A stretch of DNA of 60,706 nt, filler included. It is 5 parts of 5 records of this genome, joined end to end, with 100 filler letters (N's around TTAATTAATTAA, not from the genome) between each part and the next. Parts side by side here need not be neighbours in the genome. Positions count along the whole stretch, not along the records: positions 48,698 to 55,172 come from SRR31156797_2357; positions 55,273 to 60,706 come from SRR31156797_2367; 3 more parts are not named here. One strand, written 5' to 3'. The position numbers and the translations under genes are program-made. Below are positions 49,579 to 58,631 of the stretch, in pieces. Under the pieces are notes generated by a model, which saw nothing but the letters and a program-made list of their open reading frames with translations, searched no databases and was not told where the DNA came from. How positions within the stretch are numbered: position 1 is the first letter of the stretch; every line of letters begins with the position of its first letter.

Positions 49579-50865
49579 GTGGGGAATCGTAAGCCTGTGA
49601 ATGATCATAATCAATCAAGACTTGGCAGGCTGAAGGAGAATCTGCTTTCCTCTGTGGATGTCGCCGTTGGGGCGATGGAAGACTACGATTCCAGGGATGT
49701 GGTTCTCCTGCATCACAATGACACAGACGGCCTGAGCTCCGCAGCCGTATTGCTCAGCGCTTTCGCTGAGTGCGGCTATGCTACGGAGTCCTATTCTCTG
49801 GAAAAGCCCTATCCCCAGGTTCTTGAGAAAATCTTCCAAAGCCAAGGGCGCATCATTGTTTTTTCTGATTTCGCCGGAAAGATAGCGCCTCTGATAGCAA
49901 AGCTCAACAGAAAGAGGAATCTCGTGCTGATCATCGATCACCATCCCGCAGAAGAGTCGGGGGACGAGTGGGTGCTGGTTCTGGACGGCATGCTTTTCGG
50001 CTTGAAGGGAGACCTGGATATCTCCGCTTCGGCCACGGCATATCTGTTTGCAGGAGCTTTGCTGGAGTACCACGGTCTGGAAGGGAGTTCCCTGTCTCAT
50101 CTGGGCGTTCTGGGTGCCGTGGGAGACGGTTTTCTGCTGGACGGCTCGTTGACAGGGGTGAACAGGGATCTTCTTACGGAGGCTCTGAGCCTTGGACTGA
50201 TGAGGGTTGAAGAGTCGGAGCAGGGGGAACGGTACTTTATAACAATTTCAGGCCGGGAATATCCCGCGCTGGAGCTCTGCGGAATACTGGACACTCTGGG
50301 GGGGGTGGGCTACTACGAAAACGGTCCGGAAATGGGAATCGATCTCTGCCTGAAGGGCATGGACGAACGGGTCAGAGAGTATGCCGAATCCCTTCGGGAA
50401 AAACAGGAGAGCCTCTTCTCTGAGGAGATCGGACGGCTGAGAAAGCAAATTAACAGGACCGAACACATTCAGTGGTTTGATGTGGAAGACCGGTTCCAGC
50501 CCATGGGCGTCAAGATGATCGGTGTTTTCTGTACCATAATCAAGGATATGGATTTTGTGGATAAGGAAAAGTACATAGCGGGGTTTCAGCGCGTGCCGGA
50601 CCGCGTTCCGGGATTCGGTACTCTTGATTTTCATTCATCCAAGATCTCTATGCGGGTTTCCCGGGAGATGACCGACAGGATCAGGGTAGGGGAAGCTCCC
50701 GGACTCAATTCCATTCTCCCCGAGGCGACCGAAGCCCTGGGGGGATTCTCCGATGCCTGTCACAGCCTGTCGGCGGCCACTACCATTGAGTCCGGCAGAG
50801 AAGATGAGCTGATACAAGAAGTTGAACGTGTTTTGATGCGACTAGGAGGAAAAGGAAGACAATGA
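49579..50865 (+). CDS. DHH-family phosphoesterase (RecJ/NrnA superfamily)
   Basis: HHNDTDG (motif I), FSDF (II), IIDHHP (III), LGAVGD (IV); DHHA1-like ACHSLSAA. Confidence 0.85.
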   Translation: MGNRKPVNDHNQSRLGRLKENLLSSVDVAVGAMEDYDSRDVVLLHHNDTDGLSSAAVLLSAFAECGYATESYSLEKPYPQVLEKIFQSQGRIIVFSDFAGKIAPLIAKLNRKRNLVLIIDHHPAEESGDEWVLVLDGMLFGLKGDLDISASATAYLFAGALLEYHGLEGSSLSHLGVLGAVGDGFLLDGSLTGVNRDLLTEALSLGLMRVEESEQGERYFITISGREYPALELCGILDTLGGVGYYENGPEMGIDLCLKGMDERVREYAESLREKQESLFSEEIGRLRKQINRTEHIQWFDVEDRFQPMGVKMIGVFCTIIKDMDFVDKEKYIAGFQRVPDRVPGFGTLDFHSSKISMRVSREMTDRIRVGEAPGLNSILPEATEALGGFSDACHSLSAATTIESGREDELIQEVERVLMRLGGKGRQ

Positions 50866-51836
50866 GCAGTTCGGGAAAAGGATTCGGGAAAACCATCCTG
50901 ATCGGAGATCAATTTGTACTGTGGGAGATCCCGGCTATATTGGCGGCCATACCCTTTGAAACCGTATGTACGGTAGAGCGGCTTGATGAGGGATCTGGCT
51001 GGATCCTCGATGACCGGCGGATCGAGGTGCCCGGTTACAAGAAGGCCAAAGAAGAGGACTGCAGGGTCTCCTTTGACAGGATGGTGGAGGTCATGAAGCT
51101 CGATCTGTCCGCAAACCCTATCAGGATCACCGTTTCGGGAGACCTGCTGGCGGGGAGCGGCGTCGGGGCCAGTGCGGCGATCTGCGTCTCCTTCGCCCGG
51201 GCCTGTAACGAGGAATTCCAGCTGGGAATGGATATCCTGGACATCAATCATGTGGCCTGGGAAGGGGAGTTCGGTTATCACGGACTGCCCAGCGGACTCG
51301 ACAATACGGTTTCCACCTTCGGCGGGGTTATCAAATACCGCATCAGGGAAGGTGTGAAGCAGTTCGAACGGATCAATCTGGCCGAGCCGATTGAGATCGT
51401 CCTTGGCAATTCGGGAGTGACCGCCAATACGGCCTCCCTGAAGGGATTCCTGGAAGAGCAGGAGGAGGCCGATCCCCCTCTCTTCCAAGAGAGGCTCGAG
51501 AGAATCCGTGGCCAGGTTGAGGAGCTGGGGAGCGCCCTGTCCGCAGGAGACCTGAAGGCCACGGGCCGGGTCATGAACGAAAACCATAACATCCTGATCC
51601 AGATGGGGCTCTCCCATGAAAAGCTCATTCATCTGTGCGACCTCGCCAATTCCCTGGGAGCCTGCGGCGCCAAGGTAACCGGAGGAGGCCGGGGAGGGTA
51701 TATGGTGGCTCTCACCCCCGGCAGGGATCTTCAGGAGAAGGTCGCAGAGGCCTTCGAGGCCGAGGGATTCGCCACGATCCGGGCGACCATAGGAGGAGTG
51801 CCTACGGATGACCGGGCAGAGCAGATTCTGAGCTGA
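50862..51836 (+). CDS. GHMP kinase, mevalonate-kinase-like (GEH motif replaced by GDQ)
   Basis: GKTILIGDQFV, AGSGVGASAA, YHGLPSGLDN, GAKVTGGGRGG; ATGA overlap with the DHH gene. Confidence 0.85.
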   Translation: MSSSGKGFGKTILIGDQFVLWEIPAILAAIPFETVCTVERLDEGSGWILDDRRIEVPGYKKAKEEDCRVSFDRMVEVMKLDLSANPIRITVSGDLLAGSGVGASAAICVSFARACNEEFQLGMDILDINHVAWEGEFGYHGLPSGLDNTVSTFGGVIKYRIREGVKQFERINLAEPIEIVLGNSGVTANTASLKGFLEEQEEADPPLFQERLERIRGQVEELGSALSAGDLKATGRVMNENHNILIQMGLSHEKLIHLCDLANSLGACGAKVTGGGRGGYMVALTPGRDLQEKVAEAFEAEGFATIRATIGGVPTDDRAEQILS

Positions 51837-51897
51837 TGCCCTTTTGGCAGGGCAGGTCCGGTCGATGTTAATAATCCGTTTAATCGTGATCTTTTTG

Positions 51898-51926
51898 TTG
51901 ACTAATCAACATAAGAGGCGGAGAAT
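51898..51926 (+). promoter_or_regulatory. Putative sigma70 promoter of the ABC transporter genes
   Basis: TTGACT-N17-GAGAAT, followed by palindromes TAATGATCATTA and ATGAACG-N4-CGTTCAT. Confidence 0.5.
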
Positions 51927-52055
51927 GGATATGATTGGTAATGATCATTATCGTTTGATATATGAACGATACCGTTCATTGTAAGAAGGTATTGCAAATG
52001 GAATCATAAGGAAATGTTCCCTGTGGTTTTATGAATATGGAAAAGGAGAAAGAAA

Positions 52056-53393
52056 ATGAGAAGAGTAAAGTTTGCAGCCGTTTTGATCGCAGTCGCTATG
52101 CTGCTGCCGGTTTCTCTGTTTGCCGCCGGAGGAGCCGATGTGGATGAATCGGCTGAGGTGTCCATCGAGTTCTGGCACGCCATGTCGGGGGCCAGGATAG
52201 AGTTGATCCAGGGCATCGTTGATGATTTTATGAAAGAGAACCCCAATATCAAGGTAGATGTACAGTATTCGGGTTCCTACAACGATACGCTGAACAAAGT
52301 GAAATCGGCTTACAAAGCGGGCAATGCCCCCGATATTTTTCATTCCTATGAGATCGGAACCCTCGGCCTGATCAACAGCGGGATCATTTCTCCTCTCGAC
52401 GAGATGGCCGCCAAGTACAAAAGAGAGATTCCATGGGATGACTTCTTCACACCCGTTCAGAGCTACTACAAGTACAAAGGGGATCACTATTCCATGCCCT
52501 TCAACTCATCGACCCCCCTTATCTACTACAACAAGACCTTCTTTGAGGAAGCCGGCCTTGATCCCGAGAATCCTCCGAAAACATATGAGGATATCCGGGA
52601 AGCCGCTATGAAGCTGAAGGCCGCCGGACACGATACCCCTGTCACCTGGAACCTCCACTCCTGGTACTTCGAGCAGATGATCTGCCTTCAGGACGAGCCC
52701 TTCGTAAACGACAAGAACGGCCGGAGCGGTAAGCTTCCCACCGAGGTCGTATTCAACGGCCCCGCCGGTCAGAAAGTGCTCGAATGGTGGGTCGGCATGG
52801 AAAAAGACGGTCTCTTCCTCGATGTCGGTCCCGGATGGTCCAATCACAGAGCCGCCTTCGGCTCCGGCGAGGTGGCCATGGTGATGTCCTCTTCTTCCGA
52901 CGTGAACAGACTGACAGCGGCTCTTGCCGAAAAGGGATGGGAAATGGGCACCGGCTACATCCCCAGACCCGAAGGCGCCAAGGGCGGAGTCGCCATCGGC
53001 GGCGGTTCCCTGTGGATGACCAACAACCATACTCCCGAAGAGGAGCTGGCCGCTCTGAAGCTGATCACCTACATCTCCGAGGACGCCGCACAGATCGCCT
53101 GGCACAAGGGAACCGGTTACTTCCCCGTACGGAAGACCGCCATGGATCAGCTGAAGTCCGAGGGCTGGTTCGATGAGAACCCCAACTACCTGACGGCTTT
53201 CAACCAGCTGCTGGACAGCCCCGAGACCCTGAATACCGCCGGCGGACTCCTCGGTATCTTCCCCGAAGTACGCGATATGGTTCAGTCGGCCATTCAGGAA
53301 ATGTACGCCGGAAAACCCGTTAAGCAGGGACTGGATGAAGTCGCTGCCAAGGCCAATGCTTCAATTGAAGAGTGGAACGAAGTCATTCAGTAA
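52056..53393 (+). CDS. ABC transporter substrate-binding protein, UgpB-like
   Basis: Spirochaete-type LFAAGG signal; FWHAMSG, SMPFNSSTP..YYNK, IGGGSLW, WHKGTGYFP UgpB-family motifs. Confidence 0.88.
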   Translation: MRRVKFAAVLIAVAMLLPVSLFAAGGADVDESAEVSIEFWHAMSGARIELIQGIVDDFMKENPNIKVDVQYSGSYNDTLNKVKSAYKAGNAPDIFHSYEIGTLGLINSGIISPLDEMAAKYKREIPWDDFFTPVQSYYKYKGDHYSMPFNSSTPLIYYNKTFFEEAGLDPENPPKTYEDIREAAMKLKAAGHDTPVTWNLHSWYFEQMICLQDEPFVNDKNGRSGKLPTEVVFNGPAGQKVLEWWVGMEKDGLFLDVGPGWSNHRAAFGSGEVAMVMSSSSDVNRLTAALAEKGWEMGTGYIPRPEGAKGGVAIGGGSLWMTNNHTPEEELAALKLITYISEDAAQIAWHKGTGYFPVRKTAMDQLKSEGWFDENPNYLTAFNQLLDSPETLNTAGGLLGIFPEVRDMVQSAIQEMYAGKPVKQGLDEVAAKANASIEEWNEVIQ

Positions 53394-53417
53394 TGAACAC
53401 CTGACTTACCAAAAATG

Positions 53418-53448
53418 AGCCGCCTCTTCTTGTGGAGGCGGCTTTTTT
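53418..53448 (+). terminator. Intra-operon stem-loop/terminator after the binding-protein gene
   Basis: AGCCGCCTC-N8-GAGGCGGCT plus T run. Confidence 0.7.
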
Positions 53449-53462
53449 AACACGAGGAAAAA

Positions 53463-54332
53463 ATGAAGCAATCGACATTTAATAACAGGCTGCTGCCGTA
53501 CGCGCTCCTGACGCCCACCTTTCTTATTCTTATTGTATTTCTTTTCTATCCGGCCTTTGAGACCTTCAGGCTGAGTCTCTTCAAGGTTCACCCCTGGACG
53601 GGGGCCGAGAAATTTGCCGGATTTTACAATTTTGTCAAGATATTTAAAAATCCCGATTATATGGACAGCTTCATTCTCTCAGCCCTGTTCGCCGTGGCTG
53701 TTATTTTCGTGGGTCTGTTTTTCAGCCTGATGATAGCGCTGCTGCTCAATCAGAAGATCGGGGGGATCCGCTTTTACCGCAGCTTCCTTATCTGGCCCTA
53801 CGCCCTTTCTCCCGCCATCGCGGGGGCGCTGTTTAATTTTCTGTTCAATCCGGCCAACGGGGTCCTCTGCTACTTCACCGGAATGAGAACCTGGCTGACC
53901 AGCGAGAAAACCGCCATCGTCGTCGTCATCATGGCCGCCGTATGGAAGAACCTGGGATACAATATCATTTTCTACCTCACGGCCCTGAGGAATGTGCCGG
54001 GCTCCTGCCTGGAGTCGGCGTCCATAGACGGCGCCGGAGCGGTGAAAAAGTTCATCTACATCACCTTCGCGTTCCTGTCGCCCACCACCTTCTTCCTGTT
54101 CGTCATGAATACGATTTACGCCTATTTCGCCAGCTTCGGATTGATCGACGTTCTGACAGAGGGCGGGCCCGCCGGATCTACGCGGGTCCTGATCTATCAC
54201 CTCTACAAAGACTTCTTCGTCCATTCGAAGATCGGTTACGCCGCGGCGGAAAGCCTCGTTCTGTTTACCCTGGTCGTGGGCGTCACCATCCTCCAGTTCA
54301 GGACCACCGGGAAAAAAGTTCACTACCAATAG
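53463..54332 (+). CDS. ABC transporter permease, UgpA-like
   Basis: WPYALSPAIAG, WKNLGYN, ESASIDGA (EAA motif), LSPTTFFL, KKVHYQ end. Confidence 0.9.
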   Translation: MKQSTFNNRLLPYALLTPTFLILIVFLFYPAFETFRLSLFKVHPWTGAEKFAGFYNFVKIFKNPDYMDSFILSALFAVAVIFVGLFFSLMIALLLNQKIGGIRFYRSFLIWPYALSPAIAGALFNFLFNPANGVLCYFTGMRTWLTSEKTAIVVVIMAAVWKNLGYNIIFYLTALRNVPGSCLESASIDGAGAVKKFIYITFAFLSPTTFFLFVMNTIYAYFASFGLIDVLTEGGPAGSTRVLIYHLYKDFFVHSKIGYAAAESLVLFTLVVGVTILQFRTTGKKVHYQ

Positions 54333-54344
54333 GAGATAAGCAGC

Positions 54345-55169
54345 ATGATAAGAACCAGAAACCAAGCCATAGGATTGCATTTTCTCCTGATTATGAGCGT
54401 ACTGATCGTCAGTCTGCCGGTGATCCTCGCCCTGATCATCAGCACCCAGACCGAGGCCCAGGTCCTCTCCTATCCTCCCGGCCTTATTCCGGGAACCAAT
54501 GCCGTTCACAACTATGCGACCGCCTGGAAAACGGTCAATCTGGGCAGGATGATCTTCAACTCCACCTTTATCGCCTTCGGGGTCATCATCGGCAAGGTGT
54601 CCATGAGCCTCCTGGCGGCTTTCGCCTTCACTCACTTCGAATTCAAAGGGAAGGATCTCCTGTTCGGCCTGATCCTCGTCACCCTTCTGCTTCCCGTGCC
54701 CGTCAGAATCGTGGCCCTCTTCGATGTTATCAGGGGCATGGGCTGGATCGATACCTACGCGGGGCTGATCATCCCCTTCTGGGCGAGCGCGACCAGTATC
54801 TTTATCCTCATCCAGAGGTTCCGGGTCGTGCCCTCAGAGCTTATCGACGCCTCGAAGATGGATGGCTGCCGTCCCATGCAGTACTTTTTCAAGGTCCTTC
54901 TGCCTCTGACGAAGAGCACCATAGGCGCCCTGGTGGTCATCAACTTCATCTATATCTGGAACCAGTATCTCTGGCCCCTTATGGCGACCAACTCGGATGA
55001 GATGCGGGTCGTCCAGATCGGGATCAAGATGCTTATGAGCACCGAGTCGACCAATAACTGGGGCGTTATCATGGCCGGGGTTATCATCACCATGATCCCG
55101 CCGCTGCTGGTCTTTATCGTAATGCAGGAAAGCTTTATGAAGGGCTTCGCTCTCCAAAGTGAAAAATGA
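54345..55169 (+). CDS. ABC transporter permease, UgpE-like
   Basis: DTYAGLIIP..ASAT, DASKMDG (EAA motif), FIYIWNQYLWPL, QIGIK. Confidence 0.9.
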   Translation: MIRTRNQAIGLHFLLIMSVLIVSLPVILALIISTQTEAQVLSYPPGLIPGTNAVHNYATAWKTVNLGRMIFNSTFIAFGVIIGKVSMSLLAAFAFTHFEFKGKDLLFGLILVTLLLPVPVRIVALFDVIRGMGWIDTYAGLIIPFWASATSIFILIQRFRVVPSELIDASKMDGCRPMQYFFKVLLPLTKSTIGALVVINFIYIWNQYLWPLMATNSDEMRVVQIGIKMLMSTESTNNWGVIMAGVIITMIPPLLVFIVMQESFMKGFALQSEK

Positions 55170-55172
55170 AAA

Positions 55173-55272
55173 NNNNNNNNNNNNNNNNNNNNNNNNNNNN
55201 NNNNNNNNNNNNNNNNTTAATTAATTAANNNNNNNNNNNNNNNNNNNNNNNNNNNNNNNNNNNNNNNNNNNN
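55173..55272. other. Artificial contig-joining spacer
   Basis: N44-TTAATTAATTAA-N44. Confidence 0.97.
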
Positions 55273-56127
55273 TTTCAGAACTACGCCCTCTGGCCCCATA
55301 TGACGGTCTACAAGAACATCGCCTTCGGCCTGGAGAATCTGAAATGGGAGAGGAAGCGCATTGACGACAGGGTCAGGGAGCTTCTGGCTACCCTGAGGAT
55401 TGAGGAGTTCAGTGACCGTTATCCCTCTGAGCTGTCAGGAGGACAGCAGCAGCGCGTCGCCATCGCCAGGACACTGGCCACGGGGCCGAAGATCCTGTTT
55501 ATGGACGAGCCCCTGAGTAACCTGGATGCCAAGCTCCGGATGGAGATGAGGACGGAGTTGAAGAGGCTTCACGTGGATACGGACTCCACCTTCGTTTATG
55601 TGACCCATGACCAGCTGGAGGCCATGACCCTCTCCACGAAGATCTGCCTTCTGAAAGAGGGACTGCTGCAGCAGTTCGATCCTCCCATGGATGTGTACCG
55701 CAGCCCCTCCAACTACTTTGTGGCTGACTTCGTCGGATCACCCAATATCAATGTGATCGAGGTGGCGGGAAGCTCTGTGAATCTGGATGAGATAAAGCTG
55801 GCCAGCCGGGATCTCGAGTTCCTCTTCGTGCCCTCTTCATCCAGCATCAGCATCGAAGAGGGGCAGGAGCTGCTGCTGGGGATCAGGCCCGAGGATATAG
55901 CCATCTCCGGGGACGGCGATGTGGAGGCCTCTATCTATTCCACCCTGCCTTCGGGAATGGAAACCATCGTCAAGCTGGAGATCGGGGATCTCATGCTGAC
56001 CTGCGTGGTCTTCGGATCTGTGGATTTCGAGATGGGAGAGAAGGTCAGGATTTCGTTCCATGGCGTCCAGAACGTGGTCTTTGATAAAAAGAGCGAAAAG
56101 AAACTTGCCCTGGGAAAGCTCATGTGA
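55273..56127 (+). CDS. ABC transporter ATP-binding protein (MalK/PotA-like with TOBE), 5' truncated
   Basis: Frame open from the gap: FQNYALWPHM, LSGGQQQRVA, MDEPLSNLD, VTHDQ, LGIRPED. Confidence 0.9.
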   Translation, partial: FQNYALWPHMTVYKNIAFGLENLKWERKRIDDRVRELLATLRIEEFSDRYPSELSGGQQQRVAIARTLATGPKILFMDEPLSNLDAKLRMEMRTELKRLHVDTDSTFVYVTHDQLEAMTLSTKICLLKEGLLQQFDPPMDVYRSPSNYFVADFVGSPNINVIEVAGSSVNLDEIKLASRDLEFLFVPSSSSISIEEGQELLLGIRPEDIAISGDGDVEASIYSTLPSGMETIVKLEIGDLMLTCVVFGSVDFEMGEKVRISFHGVQNVVFDKKSEKKLALGKLM

Positions 56128-56140
56128 TAAAGAGGAGGAT

Positions 56141-56848
56141 ATGGCCGAATTACAGAAGATACTAATCGTCGATGATGAAGATCATATCCTCCAGATGCTG
56201 AGAATGAATATGAAGAAGCAGGGCTTCCTTTCCGTCTGCGCTGAATCGGGAGAGGAGGCCCTGGAGCTATGCGAATCGGAGAAGCCCGATCTGATCCTGC
56301 TGGACGTTATGCTCCCCGGCATAGACGGCGTGGAAACCTGCCGAAGGCTCAAAGAGAATCCTGAGAGCCGGAGCATTCCCGTGATCATGCTCAGCGCCAA
56401 GAGCCAGGGACAGGACAAAATAGAGGGGCTTCAGGGAGGGGCGGACGACTATGTCACCAAACCCTTCAGCCTGGAGGAACTTTTCTTGAGGATCCGCGCC
56501 GCCCTGAGACAGGTGGCTCTGCTGCGAGGGGAAAAGGCGAACCTTTTCCAATGCGGCTCTCTGAGGCTTGACGCCGAAAAGTATCAGGTCTCCGCGGGAG
56601 ACGGGAGAATTGACTTCACCATGACCGAGTTCAGAATCCTTCATCTGCTGATGAAGAGTCCCGACCGGACCGTGCCCAGAGAGACGCTCTGCCGGGACAT
56701 CTTCGAAAAGGAACCGGATGAAATCGGACGGACCATGGATGTGCATCTCCGCAATATCAGGAAGAAACTGAGTGATAACAAGGTCGATAACTGTGAGATT
56801 CAGACCCTCAGGGGAGAAGGATTCCGGATGTCCGGACCCGATGAATAA
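56141..56848 (+). CDS. OmpR/PhoB-family response regulator; start revised to ATG at 56141
   Basis: RBS GAGGAGG; IVDDE, LLDVMLP, GADDYVTKPF; winged helix RTMDVHLRNIRKKL, TLRGEGF. Confidence 0.9.
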   Translation: MAELQKILIVDDEDHILQMLRMNMKKQGFLSVCAESGEEALELCESEKPDLILLDVMLPGIDGVETCRRLKENPESRSIPVIMLSAKSQGQDKIEGLQGGADDYVTKPFSLEELFLRIRAALRQVALLRGEKANLFQCGSLRLDAEKYQVSAGDGRIDFTMTEFRILHLLMKSPDRTVPRETLCRDIFEKEPDEIGRTMDVHLRNIRKKLSDNKVDNCEIQTLRGEGFRMSGPDE

Positions 56849-58631
56849 ACAGAAGCATTACGCTCTCATCCTGGTTTTTCTGGCAGTGCTGGGATTGAGC
56901 GGACTTGTTTTCTACCTCTATATAACGAATCTTTTCATCTCTTCTGTGGAGACCAGGGGAAGGGCCGATATCAGGCAGATGAGCACCCTGCTGGAAGAGA
57001 ATCATCCTCCCTGGCAGACCGTGGTTATTCGTCAGTCGAATCTTATGGCGGCGGATATCATCATCATCGACCGGGACTCAAACCTTCTGGCCGATTCTAG
57101 AAAGGGGCGCTCCGAACTGAAGGGGCAGTATATCGATGCCGACGTTTCGGAGGCCAAGAAGAAGGGGCATACCCTCAGCCTGAGGCGGGATCGCAGGGCC
57201 GCAGGCTTTCTGGTCACCGTTGCGGAACGGGTGACCCTTTCGGGTGGGGATGTGGTGATCTCGGTCATCTATGGCTGCAGAGAGATCGGGCTGCTCTTCA
57301 GGGCGCTCCTCCTTTTCCTGGTGATCCTCGGCGTTGTGATGCTGACTCTCATCTTCGCCTATGCCAGGATTTCGGTCCTCCGGTACAGGGATCCGCTGAA
57401 GGAGTTTCTGAGACTGACCGAGTCGAACCGGGGGGGGATGAACAGAATAAGCCCTTCTTCGGACAATCCGGAATTCCTCCTGCTGGCTGAGCAGTTCAAC
57501 AGCCTTGTGGACCGCTACAATCATCTGATCCTCTCGGATAACAAGAAGTACAGCCGGATCAATACCATGCTGGCCCATCTCAAGACGGGCATGCTCATGG
57601 TGGATACGGATGATAGGATCGTAATGGTCAACGATGCCGCCGAGAGGATGCTCGATCTCAACAAGGTGCGTTTATTTAAGATCCGGGAGAAGGAGCGCTA
57701 CGACAACGAGATCCTGGATCTGATCCTGGATAAATGCAGGATCGTCAACAGGAGCCATGAATCTCAGCTTCTGTCTGTGGAAACCCCTGATAAGCTGCTT
57801 CTGGAGCTCACTATTGACGCGGTTTTCAGCAAGTACGGACAGAACGAGCACAGCGGGACTCTCGTCATCCTTCAGGATGTGACGGAGATAAGGAGGCTGG
57901 AAGGCCTGAAGGATGACTTTGTCGCCAATGTCTCCCATGAGCTCAAGACGCCGCTGACCATCATCAACGGTTTTGTGGAGACCCTGAAGTCCTGGGATAA
58001 CCTGGAGGCGGAGGACAGGGATACGGCTCTGAATATCATTGATATCGAGTCCCAGCGCCTGAAGAAACTGATCAATGAGCTGCTTCAGCTTTCCAGGATC
58101 GGCGGCGAAATGGGAGCGGTCCGCAGAAAGAGTGTGGATCCCGCGGCCATCCTCCTCGACGTCGTCCGCTCGATGGAAAACCAGAGTCTGGAAAAAGAGA
58201 TCCGAACGGATTGTGAGATCGATGAGAATCTGCGGGGTTTTTATACCGTATCGGGCTGGTTCCGTCAGATCATCATCAATCTCTATAGCAACGCTTTGAA
58301 GTATTCATCCCGGGGAGGGGAGGTCAGGCTCTCCCTGTTCGATGAGGTCTCCGACGAGGGCGAGGCTAACCTTGTCCTGAAGGTTCTGGACAGGGGGATG
58401 GGAATCTCTCCGGGAGATCTGGAGAAGGTGTTCGACCGTTTTTACAGGGGTGAGAAAAGGAAGAACAGGAATATAAGCGGAAGCGGCCTGGGCCTCACCA
58501 TCGCCAGGCATATGGCCGAGGAGCTGGGCGGTTCCATAAATGTAACAAGCGAAGAAGGAGAGGGCAGCTGCTTTACCGTAAGACTGCCCCGCGTCAGGGA
58601 GAAAGGTAAACATGAATATGATAGGACATAG
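56841..58631 (+). CDS. PhoR-like sensor histidine kinase (TM, PAS, HisKA, HATPase); start revised to ATG at 56841
   Basis: DVTEIRRLE...DFVANVSHELKTPLT.I.GFVETL, NLYSNALKY, FDRFYR, GSGLGL. Confidence 0.88.
   Translation: MNKQKHYALILVFLAVLGLSGLVFYLYITNLFISSVETRGRADIRQMSTLLEENHPPWQTVVIRQSNLMAADIIIIDRDSNLLADSRKGRSELKGQYIDADVSEAKKKGHTLSLRRDRRAAGFLVTVAERVTLSGGDVVISVIYGCREIGLLFRALLLFLVILGVVMLTLIFAYARISVLRYRDPLKEFLRLTESNRGGMNRISPSSDNPEFLLLAEQFNSLVDRYNHLILSDNKKYSRINTMLAHLKTGMLMVDTDDRIVMVNDAAERMLDLNKVRLFKIREKERYDNEILDLILDKCRIVNRSHESQLLSVETPDKLLLELTIDAVFSKYGQNEHSGTLVILQDVTEIRRLEGLKDDFVANVSHELKTPLTIINGFVETLKSWDNLEAEDRDTALNIIDIESQRLKKLINELLQLSRIGGEMGAVRRKSVDPAAILLDVVRSMENQSLEKEIRTDCEIDENLRGFYTVSGWFRQIIINLYSNALKYSSRGGEVRLSLFDEVSDEGEANLVLKVLDRGMGISPGDLEKVFDRFYRGEKRKNRNISGSGLGLTIARHMAEELGGSINVTSEEGEGSCFTVRLPRVREKGKHEYDRT

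Noticed and set aside
55169-55300. Calling the ATPase ugpC of the preceding operon
   Set aside because: Separated by an artificial spacer, and its motifs (YALWPHM, LSGGQQQRVAIAR) differ from typical UgpC (YALYPHM, LSGGQRQRVAMGR); linkage is unproven
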